64,000 bases of DNA from the NCBI GenBank assembly GCA_951406725.2, contig OX597833.1, positions 15,686,001 to 15,750,000 on the forward strand. Reading direction: 5' to 3'. Below the pieces are notes generated by a model. That model saw only the letters and a program-made list of their open reading frames with translations, made no database searches and was not told the origin of the DNA. How positions within the stretch are numbered: position 1 is the first letter of the stretch; the number at the start of each line of letters is the position of its first letter. Source of the stretch: Octopus vulgaris (lineage: Eukaryota). Shown here in pieces: positions 12,190 through 25,977 of the stretch. Both the position numbers and the translations under genes were made by a program.

Positions 12190-12958
12190 GACGAAATCTT
12201 CATCATTTCTTCTGACCAAATTTAAACATCGCCAACGAGTATTGAAGAGGGAACTTTTTTCACTGAAAATTTTCGCTAGAAACTTCTTTCATCGAAACGA
12301 AACTCACCTGGGTTCTTCGGCAGAATACAATTACTATATTTTTCGTGTTCGGCAGCGGATAACTTTCTTAAAAGTAGTCGTACTTTTTCTCGTCGGACCA
12401 TCTTTTACATTCTTTCTTGAAGATTTCTTCGTATCTTCAAAAATATGCAGAGAAGGTAATCCCTTCTTCTGGTTTGTGGCTGCATTCTTCAATTGAGTTT
12501 GCTACGCTGTTTGGCGAAAACGAACTTAAAATATTTTAAGACTTCTTCAACATTCTTACAATTCCTGCTGGTGCTGATGTTGCTGTATTTGTTGGTGGTG
12601 TTGCTGCTGTTGCAACTGCACTACGTAGGCCAATAAATCGTTTATGTTAAAACAATATTTTCTTTAGTTTCATATCAAAAGAAAAAAAAATGTCAACGTC
12701 CAACGCAAGGTTCGAACAACTCGTCGCCGCTTTTATATCTTTGTATGTTGGGTATTTAATTTAACAAAGCAAAGGGGGGAAAAGTAGTTATACAGCACGC
12801 TACTATTACTATTACACCATACTCAACGCTTTCAATACTGCTCACAGTGAACTGCTTACCAACTCAAACTGCCAATCACACACAGTTCTTTCATTTATAT
12901 CACAGAGTCAGTCCACCTGTAGACACTTGGGTGTGGTGGTCGAAAATCTTGCTCAACA
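12190..12958 (-). mobile_element. Gypsy LTR-retrotransposon 5' fragment (LTR, PBS-like site, decayed gag)
   Basis: Minus strand: TGTTG start near 12958; ggcgacgag PBS-like site near 12720-12728; gag-like FSPNSVANSIEECSHKPEEGITFSAYF*RYEEIFKKECKRWSDEKK..LLLRKLSAAEHE..NCILPK, homologous to 40760-40965. Confidence 0.75.
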
Positions 12959-13530
12959 ATATCATGAAAATATAATGTCCATAATATATACATATGTGTG
13001 TGTGTGTGCATGTAAACGCTTGATCTGTGTGTCCCCATATAAAACTAAATTATCGTTATAGACATAAAGACTCGTTGTAAAACTGATAGATCATGATAAG
13101 TATGCAGAATTTGTATAACTAATGTGTTATACAAATTTATACAAATAACTTGGAGGAGAGTTATGAATAATAGACAGAAATATGGCAACGTTTCTCATAT
13201 ATAAGTATAATCTTTTGAAGAATTTCGTCAATTGAAATTCATGAAATTAAAAGACAAATTTCCTTCTAGAAATGTTTAAAATGTTAAAACAAATATGGAC
13301 GCCGTCTATAATTAGATTAACTGATCAAGACTTTTGACAAAACAAACAATGCAATTTGAAGTGGATTTCGTTTTGAAATTCGTATGGTGAACGCATCTTA
13401 CATGTTACATTTACTATTTGAGCTCCTTCGATAAACAATGTGCAATGATATGAGATATAATACATACGTGTATATATTTTCCATGTGTTCCGTGACGAAC
13501 TTCTGTTTAAATTTTGAAACTTTTATATCA

Positions 13531-13568
<38 letters not shown>

Positions 13569-13602
13569 GAAACTCTTATATCTGTGTGTATATATATATA
13601 TA

Positions 13603-13775
13603 TAGGGAGAATTCCCGAAAAACACAAAAGACGAAGGCAGGTGGTGTAGAAAACAAACAGGTGTATTAGTATAACGCTCAGGAATAGAAAAAATTCTTTA
13701 ACATTCCGAGCCTACGCTCTTCCGCAGAAAGGAACACAAAAAGAAACAAGGAGACAAAAAAAGCATTGCGTCATC
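13603..13775 (-). mobile_element. Short TA-embedded element, same family as 61915-62116
   Basis: Reverse complement: ttcctttctgcggaagagcgtaggctcggaatgttaaag..tgagcgttatactaatacacctgtttgttttctacaccacctg. Confidence 0.7.
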
Positions 13776-14454
13776 CGATAAATAATGAGGTTTTTTATAC
13801 TTCTTCTATTTCTCAAAATTAAGACAAAGAAAACTCTTCTGCCTCCACCTGTTCTGACATTTTTTTCTTTTCAACGAGTACATGTTATAGGTGATCGTTT
13901 TCTTCTCCATCCTCTCCATAATTCCTTTGAGGAGCGACAACATAACGTTGCTGCCCTCCTACTGAGACATCTTCTCATACTCCTTCAGACCAGCGAAGTC
14001 CAGCCCCCTTTTGGTTCACCTCCATGGTTTCAGCAAACTCCCTGTCTTCAACACTCCGTCGATCTTTATCACCGCCCTTACCAGCTATTCCTCTTCCGAC
14101 AATAGCTCAGACCCGTCAAGGTCTGAGTACATCTTCTAACCAGCACAAAAAGCTACGTCCGACTTACAAAATCCAGACACCAAATAACTCGACGCATGCG
14201 CGGAAGCAAGTTCTTACCACACAGCCAAGCTTGAGATAACTAAAGAAGCTGATTTGAATAATAACCACTTGCGTAAAACACTATGTCAAGCCAAATATTA
14301 CCAAATAAGCGATATCTTCATTTAAACTTCTCCAAACGGATTAGACACTAGTCATCAGGCAAACAAACATGGTTGCTTTCATTTGTTGTCTTCATAAATT
14401 AAGACAAAACATAACGGGATAAGCTGAAGATCAGTTGAAAGATGTAAAATATTT

Positions 14455-15192
14455 ATCTTCATCATCATCATCGTTTAACGTCCGCTTTCCATGCTAGCAT
14501 GGATTGGACGGTTCAACTTGGGTCTGGGGAGCCCGAAGGCTGCACCAGGCCAGTCAGATCTGGCAGTGTTTCTACAGCTGGATGCCCTTCCTAACGCCAA
14601 CCACTCTGAGAGTGTAGTGGGTGATTTTATGTGCTACCGACACAGGTGCCAGACGAGGCTGGCAAACGGCCACGCTCGGATGGTGTTTTTTATGTGCCAC
14701 CGACACAGGTGCCAGACGAGGCTGGCGAACGGCCACGCTTGGATGGTGTTTTTTATGTGCCACCGACACAGGTGCCAGACGAGGCTGGCGAACGGCCACG
14801 CTTGGATGGTGTTTTTTATGTGCCACCGACACAGGTGCCAGACGAGGCTGGCGAACGGCCACGATCGGATGGTGTTTGTTACGTGCCCACAGCACGGAGG
14901 CCAGTCGATGCGGTACTGGCTACGGCCACGTTCGGATGGTTTTCTTATGTGCCACCGGCACTGGTACCACAAAGATACAAATTCCATTGATGCTCATCTA
15001 TTTTGATTGGGTTTGATTTTCACTTGCCTCAACAGGTCTTCACAAGTGTCCCAAGAAGGAAGGTATGCACAGGTGGACTGACTACGTCCCAGGTAGGGGC
15101 CACGGGTTATGGCCTCACTAGTCTTGCCGGGTCTTCTCACGCACAGCATACTTCCATAGGTCTCGGTCTCTAGTCATTTCCTTGGTGAGACC
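14455..15192 (-). mobile_element. 5'-truncated RTE-clade LINE: ORF C-terminus, 3' UTR and (GAT)n tail
   Basis: 15192-15118 translates GLTKEMTRDRDLWKYAVREKTRQD*; RTE-associated motif ggttggcgttaggaagggcatcc; (GAT)n tail near 14459-14472. Confidence 0.75.
14628..14950. repeat. 63-bp minisatellite, 4 near-perfect copies plus degenerate copy, in LINE 3' UTR
   Basis: cacaggtgcc recurs at 14641, 14704, 14767 and 14830. Confidence 0.95.
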
Positions 15193-15249
15193 TCACTGAA
15201 TTCTGAGGCAGCTTAATAAACTGATTTCCAATATTCATAACTTACTCTC

Positions 15250-15900
15250 AAATAGGGAGTATATTACCAAATTTAAATCAAAGCCTAGCAACTTTCATCA
15301 AATCATAATTCGAAAGAAATACGATATGCAGTAACGGAACAAGGCTTGAATCCATAAAAATATTTAACCACCCCACCAGAAAAATCTTTAAATTTACACC
15401 AGCCATAGACATTCTTGGATGACCTACCCTACATCTAAGCTATTTTATTGTCTGCATTTTAAATCCCCTATGAACCCACACGCGGAGTTTTATCCAAGGG
15501 GATTTCCTGCCTCATCATCCCACTAAAACTGAACCAAATTGGTTGTTCTTCAGCTTTGAAGTAGTAATATTCTATATAATTCTTTTACGCGATTTATGAA
15601 TATTGGCAATTAAATATTAGAACTGAAATGATAGAGAAGCCATTCCCAATAAATTCAATATAGACTTAATATTAGATGTTATCACACTCGCCCTTGAGAA
15701 TAACACATTTGTCTTCAAAGAGAAAAACATCGTGAACTTGGACGCACGTTGATGAAAAGCAAGAATATTGCAGTTCCTGCAAAATCAGAAGTGGGACACT
15801 TGGAACAAAAACTGTAAAGGGTAGAGAAAAACTATGGCCATGAACTCGCAAGATATACCGGAAGGCATGTAAAGGAAAATGTCAGATATTTCTATACAGT
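15250..15900 (+). mobile_element. Decayed Penelope-like reverse transcriptase fragment
   Basis: HLSYFIVCILNPL*THTRSFIQGDFLPHHP..FSFEVVIFY..LAIKY and IPNKFNIDLILDVITLALENNTFVFK resemble PLE RT motifs; stops and frameshifts present. Confidence 0.6.
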
Positions 15901-15919
15901 AGTCAAATACGAAGCACTA

Positions 15920-16242
15920 GAAAAAAAAACGATAAACGTCGCCCTTTTCAAGCCTAGCCAGACTCATGGGCCCGGTTTCCCGGTTTCTGTGGCGTATGTG
16001 TTCCCCCAGCTGGACGGGACGCCAGTCCATCGCAGCATTACTCAAGAAATAGGAAGAAAGAGTGAGAAAACGGTGTGGCGAAAGAGTACCACAGGAGTCG
16101 CCACCACCCACTACCGGGCCCTCGTGAAGCTTTTAGGTGTTTTCGCTCAATAAACACTTACAACGCCCGGTCTGGGAATCGAAACCGTGATCCTCCGACC
16201 GTGAATCCGCTGCCCTAACCACTGGGCCATTGCGCCTCCACG
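15920..16242 (-). mobile_element. SINE with B head and tail X
   Basis: B head plus gctgcgatggactggcgtcccgtccagc..aaaccgggaaaccgggcccatgag..ggcttgaaaaggg; likely TSD gaagcact. Confidence 0.85.
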
Positions 16243-16495
16243 TGAAGCACTTTAGCAATTTGTTAATATTGCAACAGCATATATATTCACCTAAATAAGT
16301 ACTTATGATATTGTGAAAATACCAAATGGCATGTGAAACTCAGGCATTGTAACTAGATATAATCATATCTAAAATATACTTGGTTTTAGTATTCTATAAT
16401 TTTTGATTGAGAAACACTGCAGTGTTTCTACAGCGATTTTTGTTAAAAACATCAATAAGTGCAATATACTAAATGTATTGCGCAACACAATGTTG

Positions 16496-16767
16496 TACGA
16501 GTGAGTGCTGAAAATTTCCTGGCTTTAGGTAAAAGAAAATGCATGCGAATCACTTAATTGTGGTTTTATTCAACATATTCCCCTCTCAGATTCACACACT
16601 CACTGCAGCGGTCTTTCAGTTTTTCTAAGCCCTGTGAAAGAGCTCTTAAGATTGGGCCTCCAGCCAAGCATTTCCTGATACCATTAAAGCTAGGAACTAC
16701 ATATATTTCATTTAATACTACATTCATTATAACTTCTTTAATAATTTTGGTTCTCTAGTCCTCGTAT
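16496..16767 (-). mobile_element. Mariner-derived MITE / deletion derivative
   Basis: tacgag..gtgctgaaaatttcctggcttt at left, aaagctaggaact..cctcgta at right; minus strand encodes EKLKDRCSECVNLRGEYVE*, like a mariner transposase C-terminus. Confidence 0.7.
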
Positions 16768-17136
16768 ATACGATGTTTGTACAACTATTTACGCCTAGAA
16801 CTATTTTAGAAAATACTTAAATAATATATGATAAATTGTCTGTGTTTTATTTTGATAAAATAGAGAAGAAACCTTTACACAGTTTAAATAACTGACACAT
16901 TGATAACAGGCCTTTTGTTGTCTTTTGTTTATAGTATAAGTGATGTTATTGCTAGTTTTTTTTTAAATATTTATTTTGACGTTGATTAATTGGTAATATA
17001 TAGCGTACAAAAAATATATAAGAAAATTAAATAGACTTTCGCTTTGTTTTAGAGTATTTCAGCAACGTAACAGTCCACGTATTTGTTTTAACAGTAGTAC
17101 TTTATCATTATCCTTCTAAAATTCTCATGTATATAA

Positions 17137-17900
17137 GGCGGCGAGCTGGCAGAAACGTTAGCACGCCGGGCGAAATGCTTAGCGGTATTTCATCCGCCGT
17201 TACGTTCTGAGTTCAAATTCCACCGAGGTCGACTTTACCTTTCATCCTTTCGGGGTCGATAAATTAAGTACCAGTAACGCACTGGGGTCGATATAATCGA
17301 CTTAATCCGTTTGTCTATCCTTGTTTGTCCTCTCTGTGTTTAGCCCCTTGTGGGTAGTAAAGAAATAGGTATTTCGTCTGCCATTACGTTCTGAGTTCAA
17401 ATTCCGCCGAGGTCGACTTTGCCTTTCATCCTTTCGGGGTCGATAAATTAAGTACCAGTTACACACTGGAGTCGATGTAATCGACTTAATGCTTTTGTAT
17501 GTCCATGTTTGTTCCCCTCTATGTTTAGCCCCTTGTGGGTAATAAAGAAATAGGTATTTCATCTGCCGTTACGTTCTGAATTCAAATTCCGCCGAGGTCG
17601 ACTTTGCCTTTCATACATTCGGGGTCGATTAAATAAATACCAGTTACGCACTGGGGTCGATGTAATCGACTTAATCCGTTTGTCTGTCCTTGTTTGTCCT
17701 CTCTGTGTTTAGCCCCTTGTAGGTGGTAAAGAAATAGGTATTTCGTCTGTCTTTACGTTCTGAGTTCAAATTCCGCCGAGGTCGACTTTACCATTCATCC
17801 TTTCGGGTTCAATAAATTAAGCACCAGTTTTGTACTGGCATCGGTCTAATCGACTGACCTCCTCCCTCAAAATTTCGGGTCTTGAGCCTAGATTAGAAAT
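17137..17900 (+). mobile_element. SINE A tetramer; last unit has old-type tail
   Basis: One head plus four ~183-bp units; imperfect TSD aaaatt(c/t)tca(t/c)gtata. Confidence 0.9.
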
Positions 17901-18599
17901 GAAAATTTTCACGTATACACATAAGCCGCTCACACATGCACGCATACAAACGGTAACACAATGTACATGGCATGGTTCTGAGTATTAATTCCTGAACTAG
18001 TTATGCATTTTAACGTTGGTCTTTAACAATATTAGGAAAATTTTAGAGGAATGTAAAAGTTAATTTTCTTTCAAAAATAATCATTACGTTTGATATTTGC
18101 TTCAACACCCTTAATTAACGCTTTGATAGTCATCTCTGATTTAATTAGGAAAACCAACACTGATTTAGAAGAAGATTTAATTTTTCAAGTGTAATTTTGG
18201 TTTTATTGCACTGTGTATTCATCTCGTATCCTAAAAAATATCGAAAGAGCAAACATTTATAACTTCACTAAAGATTCTATTTTAAGTGCCAAGTATTTTT
18301 CTTTTAAATGTATCATTTACTACTTTTTATCTCTTCACATCGTATTCCCAACACGTCTCAAAAGTCCTTTCATTGAAACGTAATGAAACATTATTTGTTC
18401 TCGAAATGCTTTCGAGAATTCTCAGTGTTTTCTTTCTGCCAATTCAGCACTTTTTCTTTCATTCTCTCTAGCGACGTAATGAAAATTTCGTCTCAAAAAT
18501 AATTGTAATAACTGATCGCTTTTAATTTCAGTAAAGGTTCTATTTTAAAATGTCTAATACTTTTCTTTCAAACGTAAAATGACATCAGATTGGTTCCAA

Positions 18600-18830
18600 G
18601 GCGGCGAGCTGGCAGAAACGTTAGCACACCGGGCGAAATGCTTAGCCGTATTACGTCTGCCGTTACGTTCTGAGTTCAAATTCAGCCGAAGTCGACTTTG
18701 CCTTTCATCCTTTCGGGGTCGATAAATTAAGTACCAGCTACGCACTGGGGTCGATGTAATCGACTTAATCCGTTTGTCTGTCCTAGTTTGTCCCCTCTAC
18801 GTTTAGCCCCTTGTGGGTAAGAAAGAAACA
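18600..18830 (+). mobile_element. SINE A monomer, young
   Basis: Full head and tail; imperfect TSD atca(g/t)attggtt(c/t)caa. Confidence 0.9.
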
Positions 18831-18844
18831 GATATCATATTGGT

Positions 18845-19010
18845 TTCAAATTTTGACACAAGTTTAGCAACTGGTACTTATTTTGTGGGCCCCGGAAGAA
18901 CAAAAGGCAATGTCGTCCTCGGCGGAATTTGAACTGAGAAGGTAAAAACTGACGAAGTTCTGCTAAGCACTCAGCCCGGTATGATAGCGATTCTGCCAGG
19001 TCTCCGTCTG
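18845..19010 (-). mobile_element. Old SINE A
   Basis: actggtacttatttt..ctcggcggaatttgaactg..gattctgccag. Confidence 0.7.
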
Positions 19011-19064
19011 GTAACACAATATAATATAGCCAACACTCCCCCAAAGGATTTTATTTAAAACGTG

Positions 19065-19229
19065 GAGAAGCAGGAGTGGCTGTGTGGTAAGTAGCTTGTT
19101 TACCAGCCACATGTTTCCGGGTTCAGTCCCACTGCGAGGCACCTTTGGCAAGTGTCTTCTACTATAGCCTCGGGCCGACCAAATTTGGTAGACGGAAACT
19201 GAAAGAAGCCCGTCGTATATATGTAAATG

Positions 19230-19264
<35 letters not shown>

Positions 19265-19490
19265 ATGCGTGTGTGTTTGTGTGTCTGAGTTTGTCCACCC
19301 CAACATCGCTTGACAACCGAAGCTGGAGTGTTTGTATCCCCGTCATTTAGCGGTTCGGCAAAAGAGACCGATAGTATAAGTACTGGGCTTACAAAGAATA
19401 AGTCCCGGAGTCGAGTTGCTCGATTAAAGGCGGTGCTCCAGCATGGCCGCAGTCAAATGACTGAAACAAGTAAAAGAGCAAAGAGCAAGC
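19065..19490 (+). mobile_element. SINE C
   Basis: Full family C structure. Confidence 0.9.
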
Positions 19491-19728
19491 AATATCTTTA
19501 GAATCTTTTCTCGACGTGCTTTTCGGATATGATTTGTTTACTAATATGAACATTTTAGAATTATATAATCCATGGGAACCTTGTGAAAACCTAGCCTTAA
19601 AATCATTTTCATAAGTTTTAATTTCAGCAAAGGTTCTGTTTCAAACTGACCAATAGTTGTCTTTTAAATATGGCCTAAACGTTTTGCTTACCATGTAATT
19701 TGACAACATATATCCCATAAGGTTTACC

Positions 19729-20108
19729 GAGGCGCAATGGCCCAGTGGTTAGGGCAGCGGACTCGCGGTCGTAGGATCGCGGTTTCCATTCCCAGACCGG
19801 GCGTTGTGAGTGTTTATTGAGCGAAAACACCTAAAGCTCCACGAGGCTCCGGCAGGGGATGGTGGTGATCCCTGCTGTACTCTTTCACCACAACTGTCTA
19901 TCACTCTTACTTCCTGTTTCTGTTGTACCTGTATTTTAAAGGGCCGGCCTTGTCACTCTCTGTGTCACGTTGAATATCCCCGAGAACTACGTTAAGGGTA
20001 CACGTGTCTGTGGAGTGCTCAGCCACTTACACGTTAATTTCACCAGCAGGCTGTTCCGTTCATTCGGATCAACCGGAACCCTCGTCGTCGTAACCGACGG
20101 AGTGCTTA
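19729..20108 (+). mobile_element. SINE B
   Basis: TSD cataaggtttacc on both sides. Confidence 0.9.
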
Positions 20109-20609
20109 CATAAGGTTTACCCCCACGAATAAAAACACACGCACTGGTGCAGTTTCACTTTTTATTATTCCTTAATTATTTAACTATTTAGTTGACTGAC
20201 GAATAGAATGTTTGATTAATCATTCGGTTAATTGATCAATCAGATGTGATATATCTGTACCGCAAACCAACTCCAGTCCTTGCCTTCGAAGTCAATTGAT
20301 AAGATATACTCCTAAACTTCCACAATCTTCTTATTTAAATGTAGCAAAATATTATTTGTTCAGGAAAGGAACTTTGAAACTTTCAATAATCTATATGAAA
20401 TAATCTATATCGACTTGAACGTTCTATATCAAACAATATATATTAGCTTAACCATTACTGTGCACTAACAGTGTAAGCGTCTGAACGTTTACTGGAAAAC
20501 AATGAGTCATCCTGGGAATCAATATTCAAATATAATTTCTGCTGTACATTCTAGTGCATTGAAAACTTTGAAATGGTGAAAGTTCTAATTTTATTACGGA
20601 AATCTATAC

Positions 20610-20925
20610 ACGCCCCCCACACACCCCAATGCAAGCACACATACGTGCACACATGCATATACATACATATCTATAAATACATATATCTATGCATATGAAT
20701 ATGTGTATGGGTGTATTTAAAAGAGTAAAAGAGTATATGTATATATACATATATATATATGTGTGTGTGTGTGTCTATGTGTGTGTGTGTGTGTGTGTCT
20801 GTGTGTCTATGTGTGTGTGTGTGTGTCTGTGTGTCTATGTGTGTGTGTATGTGTGTGTGTATGTATGCATATATATATATATGTGTGTGTGTATGTACAT
20901 GTGTAAATCTATAAATATAAATGTA

Positions 20926-21024
<99 letters not shown>

Positions 21025-21075
21025 CTATCTATATATATATTCATATATATGTTATATGTATGTATGTATGTATGA
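20610..21075. repeat. Compound microsatellite (CA/TA/TG/TATC/TATG)
   Basis: Directly visible. Confidence 0.95.
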
Positions 21076-21524
21076 ATAGAAATTCTCCAAAGCACCGTTT
21101 TGTCTCAAGAGAAAAGTGTGGTGAAAACGAAATAATAGTTTTGCTTCTTTCTTATAATTTTTTATAAAACATATAGTAACATCGAAATCCAATTTAAGTT
21201 TACTTAAGAAATATGTACATGTGTTAATGGAGGGTTCACTACGACATGTCCTACAGGGTTATTTTATTGATGGCGTTGAACGGAGTTATACTGAATTAAA
21301 GACGAATCGCTTATGAGTGCATTTGGTAAAGGAAAACTCTCTCTTTCTTTCTCTATTGCCTATTCATTTATGTATCTATCCATCCTTTACTTCTCTCTCT
21401 GTTTTCTCTCCTCTTTGATTTTCTCCCTCTCTTTCCCCCTTTTCCCCAAAAAACAAAAATATTTTTCTCCTCTTCTAAACAAAGCAAATTCATCCTATGT
21501 ATATAACTGCACAACGAAACGTTC

Positions 21525-22042
<518 letters not shown>

Positions 22043-22188
22043 ATATATATATTTATATATATATATTCTTCGATTTTAATCGAGCCTTGACGTGTTCGAT
22101 AAGCGAACGAAAGCGCTAATAAAGAATCGATCAATATTCTGACTGCATCCTTTTCCTCGATATACAATATCTATACACCGCTTCAAAC

Positions 22189-22231
<43 letters not shown>

Positions 22232-22252
22232 TATTTTCATAAAGCTTCCCGT

Positions 22253-22284
<32 letters not shown>

Positions 22285-22286
22285 CT

Positions 22287-22620
22287 TGTGGCACTCCGTC
22301 AGTTGCGACGACGAGGTTTCCAGTTGATCCGATCAATGGAACAGACACGTGTACCCTTAACGTACTTCTGAATGAGATTCAGCCTGATATGGAGTGTCAC
22401 AAGGCTGGCCCTTTGAAATACTGTTACAACAGAAACAGGAAGAAAATGTGAGAGAAGGTTGTGGGGAAAGATTCCAGCAGGGTTCGTCCCTAACGGAGCC
22501 TTGAGGTGCTTTAGGTGTTTTCACTCAATATACACTCACAATGCCCGGTCTAAGAATCGAAACTCCGATGCTACGACAGCGAGACCGCTACCTTAACCAC
22601 TGGACCATTGTGCCTCCACT
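22287..22620 (-). mobile_element. SINE B, older and deleted
   Basis: gcactccgtcagttgcgacgacgagg..ccttaaccactggaccattgtgcctccac. Confidence 0.8.
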
Positions 22621-23518
22621 ATACATATACACACACGCACACACGCACACACGCACACACATACACAGAGCGCTGAAAAGTACAAGTTTTTCATGCACTC
22701 TCTGTATATTTTTCCCTTATTCCTTTCAGTTGTATATCTTATGCTCGAAAAGTAAAAGCCTTTTTCATTTTCCCCAAGCGTGAAACTAATACACTTGCTT
22801 TTGTTCCTACACCTGTCTTCATCTTTTGTTTCTCTATAAAATTTCACTGAATATATGCAACTAGAGACTTCTATCGCTATGTGTGACTGCGTGTCTGTTA
22901 AAAGGATATCGGTATATACTCACACATACATGTACACACTACCATGCACGCAAAGACAGCAGAAATACACCCCTGTAGAAAATACACAAACAAAATGCAT
23001 ACACCGCATAGTAAATGCTAAATTTAGCAAATCTATTAACTGATAGCATGGTATTATTTGATTTAGAATGTTACATCCAGGCAATTGCCTTTAATTTAAA
23101 ACGATGTGAAAGGCGATGGGTATTAAGAAATTTTTAATGAAAGATGTACTCGTCGGGTAATGAAACCAAGGACAATAGAAATTTAAATAGCTATTAATGA
23201 GTAGTAATACTGTTGGGAAGTGTTCTGCTAATAGAAATGATTATGGGTAGTTCAAGTAGCTAGATACTTAAAGTTGTTACAAATTAATACTACTGGTAAT
23301 GATCTAAAATCAGTAGACATTATTATAAAGAGAGGGAAGATGGGACGTGATGCGAAATTATTAACGATTGTAAAACTGTTATATTACTAAAGAAATGGAA
23401 ACGCAAGTCGAGAGAGCATAAGTGTTAAAAGAATAACATATACTCATATGCATGTTTTTCTTGGTCTGCTTCCTCACTGCTAACCTCAGTCACTCTCTGT
23501 CCTGCTCTCTCTATGAAT

Positions 23519-23602
<84 letters not shown>

Positions 23603-23906
23603 TGAAATAGAAAGATGAATAATCTTGTTGCAGATTAATCAAAAGTTTAACCGATACCTTGGTAGCAAAAATCACAGCAGAAGACAGCACGGTTGGAGGT
23701 ACAACCATATGGTGTTGCAACCGTGCGTTGGTGCGGATAATTGAATTTTAATATTATTAGTGAATTGAAGAAATGGAGTTGAACGAAGATTGAACAGAAA
23801 TCGTATTATTGCATTCTACACGTGTTTCGAAAGGCACAATTTACCAAATTCCGATTGAATAAGGAGACCATATTGTGTCTTTCTCTTCAGGAAGAAATAG
23901 GAAATC

Positions 23907-23909
<3 letters not shown>

Positions 23910-23979
<70 letters not shown>

Positions 23980-24158
23980 CATATATACACATATATATAT
24001 ATACATACAAATATATATATATATATATACATAAAAGTGGATGTTGCATTAGAACATAATATTGCGATATGAGAGATTTTCTCTTGATAAATGTCGTAGT
24101 GTTTGAGAGCAATATTCACTTTCAAGGGATAAACATTTTACATTACACACACACGCAT

Positions 24159-24209
<51 letters not shown>

Positions 24210-24383
24210 TAGATAGATAGATAGATAGATATATATATACATATATATATGCATATATATATATACATATATATACATATATATATATACATATATATAT
24301 ACATATAACATATATATACATATATGTATGTATATATATGTATATATATATATATATATATGTGTGTATATATATATATATAC

Positions 24384-24416
<33 letters not shown>
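23910..24416. repeat. Compound microsatellites (TA, CA, GATA, GA)
   Basis: Directly visible. Confidence 0.95.
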
Positions 24417-24422
<6 letters not shown>

Positions 24423-25120
24423 GCAAAAAAAAAAAAAAAAAACGAAGACAGGTGGTGCAGACAACAAATAGAAGATATACATGCGAAACATTTCTGTTAT
24501 ATGTTCCACCAAAAATAGCTTTGAGGAACATTTCCTTCAGTAGGTTTCAATTTAACCTAAATGTCAAATTCCCAGATATCAGTTGACTTTTACAGAAATA
24601 ATCGTTATTTAGGTATGTGTGATCTTGTTTTTCAAACTATAGAAGAATTTACATCTATTCGTCAAGAGATTATGATTCAATAACGTCCTCGGTAGTAACC
24701 TTTATCGATGCTAAACCAGTCGCAGACTTTGAACTATCTATATACTCTAAACTTGATACAGTAAATTAAATGAGTATATAAAGAACGGCCACAAACATTC
24801 CAAGGTGAAATAAACAACGTAAATGCTTTACTCCTCGCAGAAACTACAGGAGTTACTCAGAGTTACTTCAAGTCCTTTTGAATCCATTTCGTATTAACTG
24901 GTACATGAGGGTCGCAAGCGCTTCGCTCCTAAGCCTGTACGTTTCACCTGCGTCGGTCAGCGAAAAATGAATCAGTCTCCGCTTGCAGAAGGCTTCCATC
25001 TGCGGTCACTTGTTGAAACACAACCCACTTTAGCTAGTTTCAGTTGCCATATATGCCTTCTTGTTGGCATTCTTTAGATGTGTGTTCCAGAACAATCCAT
25101 TCTATTAGAATATACTCATG

Positions 25121-25302
25121 GGCGTAACTTCGGTATAGGTACCGGAAGTGTTTTTTATATATATGGTGGGTCAGGGATAGGGTTAGGGTTTGTCTTAGGA
25201 TTAGGGTTAGGGTTAGAGGTGGGAGAAAAGGGTTTCTGTTATCTTCAGAAATGTAAACAAAGCCACTTCCGGTACTTACGGTACCTATACCGAAGGATCG
25301 CC
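25121..25302. mobile_element. MITE with 8-bp TSD, GG-starting TIRs and internal TTAGGG-like repeats (Merlin-like)
   Basis: TSD tactcatg at 25113-25120 and 25303-25310; TIR ggcgtaacttcggtataggtacc / ggtacctataccgaaggatcgcc. Confidence 0.8.
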
Positions 25303-25773
25303 TACTCATGAATTATTCGACGTCGTGGAAAAAGTAACCAAGTTAATAAAATTATCCGGTGGAGTGTGGCATAGACGAGCAACTCGGATACATAATAAAT
25401 CAGTAAAGGAAATGTTTATTACTAAGTAACATTTGTTAGTATCATCATCAACATTTTAAATAAAAACTGGATGAATGTAGATAGACGAATCGAAACGATG
25501 GTACAAGTTATGAATATCATAAAGTGTTGAACCAAAACTAATTAGAAAATCTCTCGGATAAGTGTTTATACGAGCTTGGGGCACCACTGATCCGCTCATC
25601 ATATTGAAAGAATGCAAAAGTTAAATCAGTATATGTAAATTGAATTCGTTGAGAAAGAAAGAAAAGGCTTGTGACAAATACTGTTATTCAGATTTGTTAA
25701 GAAGAACAGTTCTGGCATGGTCTCAGACCATGAATCTAATAGCGCATATACATATATATATATATATATATTA

Positions 25774-25977
25774 GTTTAAGAGATAGAAACACCCTCAGGC
25801 AACTCAATCATCATTGAATGACATTATCCACAATATGTACATGTAGGACTAAATATTTGAAATAAGAATTGAAGATATTAATTTTGACAATTTTAATATT
25901 TAGTCCTATATGTACCTATTGTGGATAATGTCATTCAATGATGATTGACTTCCTTGAGGGTGATTCTGTCTCTTAAA

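Noticed and set aside
13880-14150. Coding fragment on the minus strand
   Set aside because: It has several stops and no motif I can name; possibly TE debris.
14491-15016. Cys/His-rich repeat protein
   Set aside because: It is the product of a 63-bp minisatellite in a LINE 3' UTR that is open in most frames.
25170-25220. True telomere or fusion site
   Set aside because: Only a few degenerate TTAGGG units are present, enclosed by MITE TIRs and a TSD.
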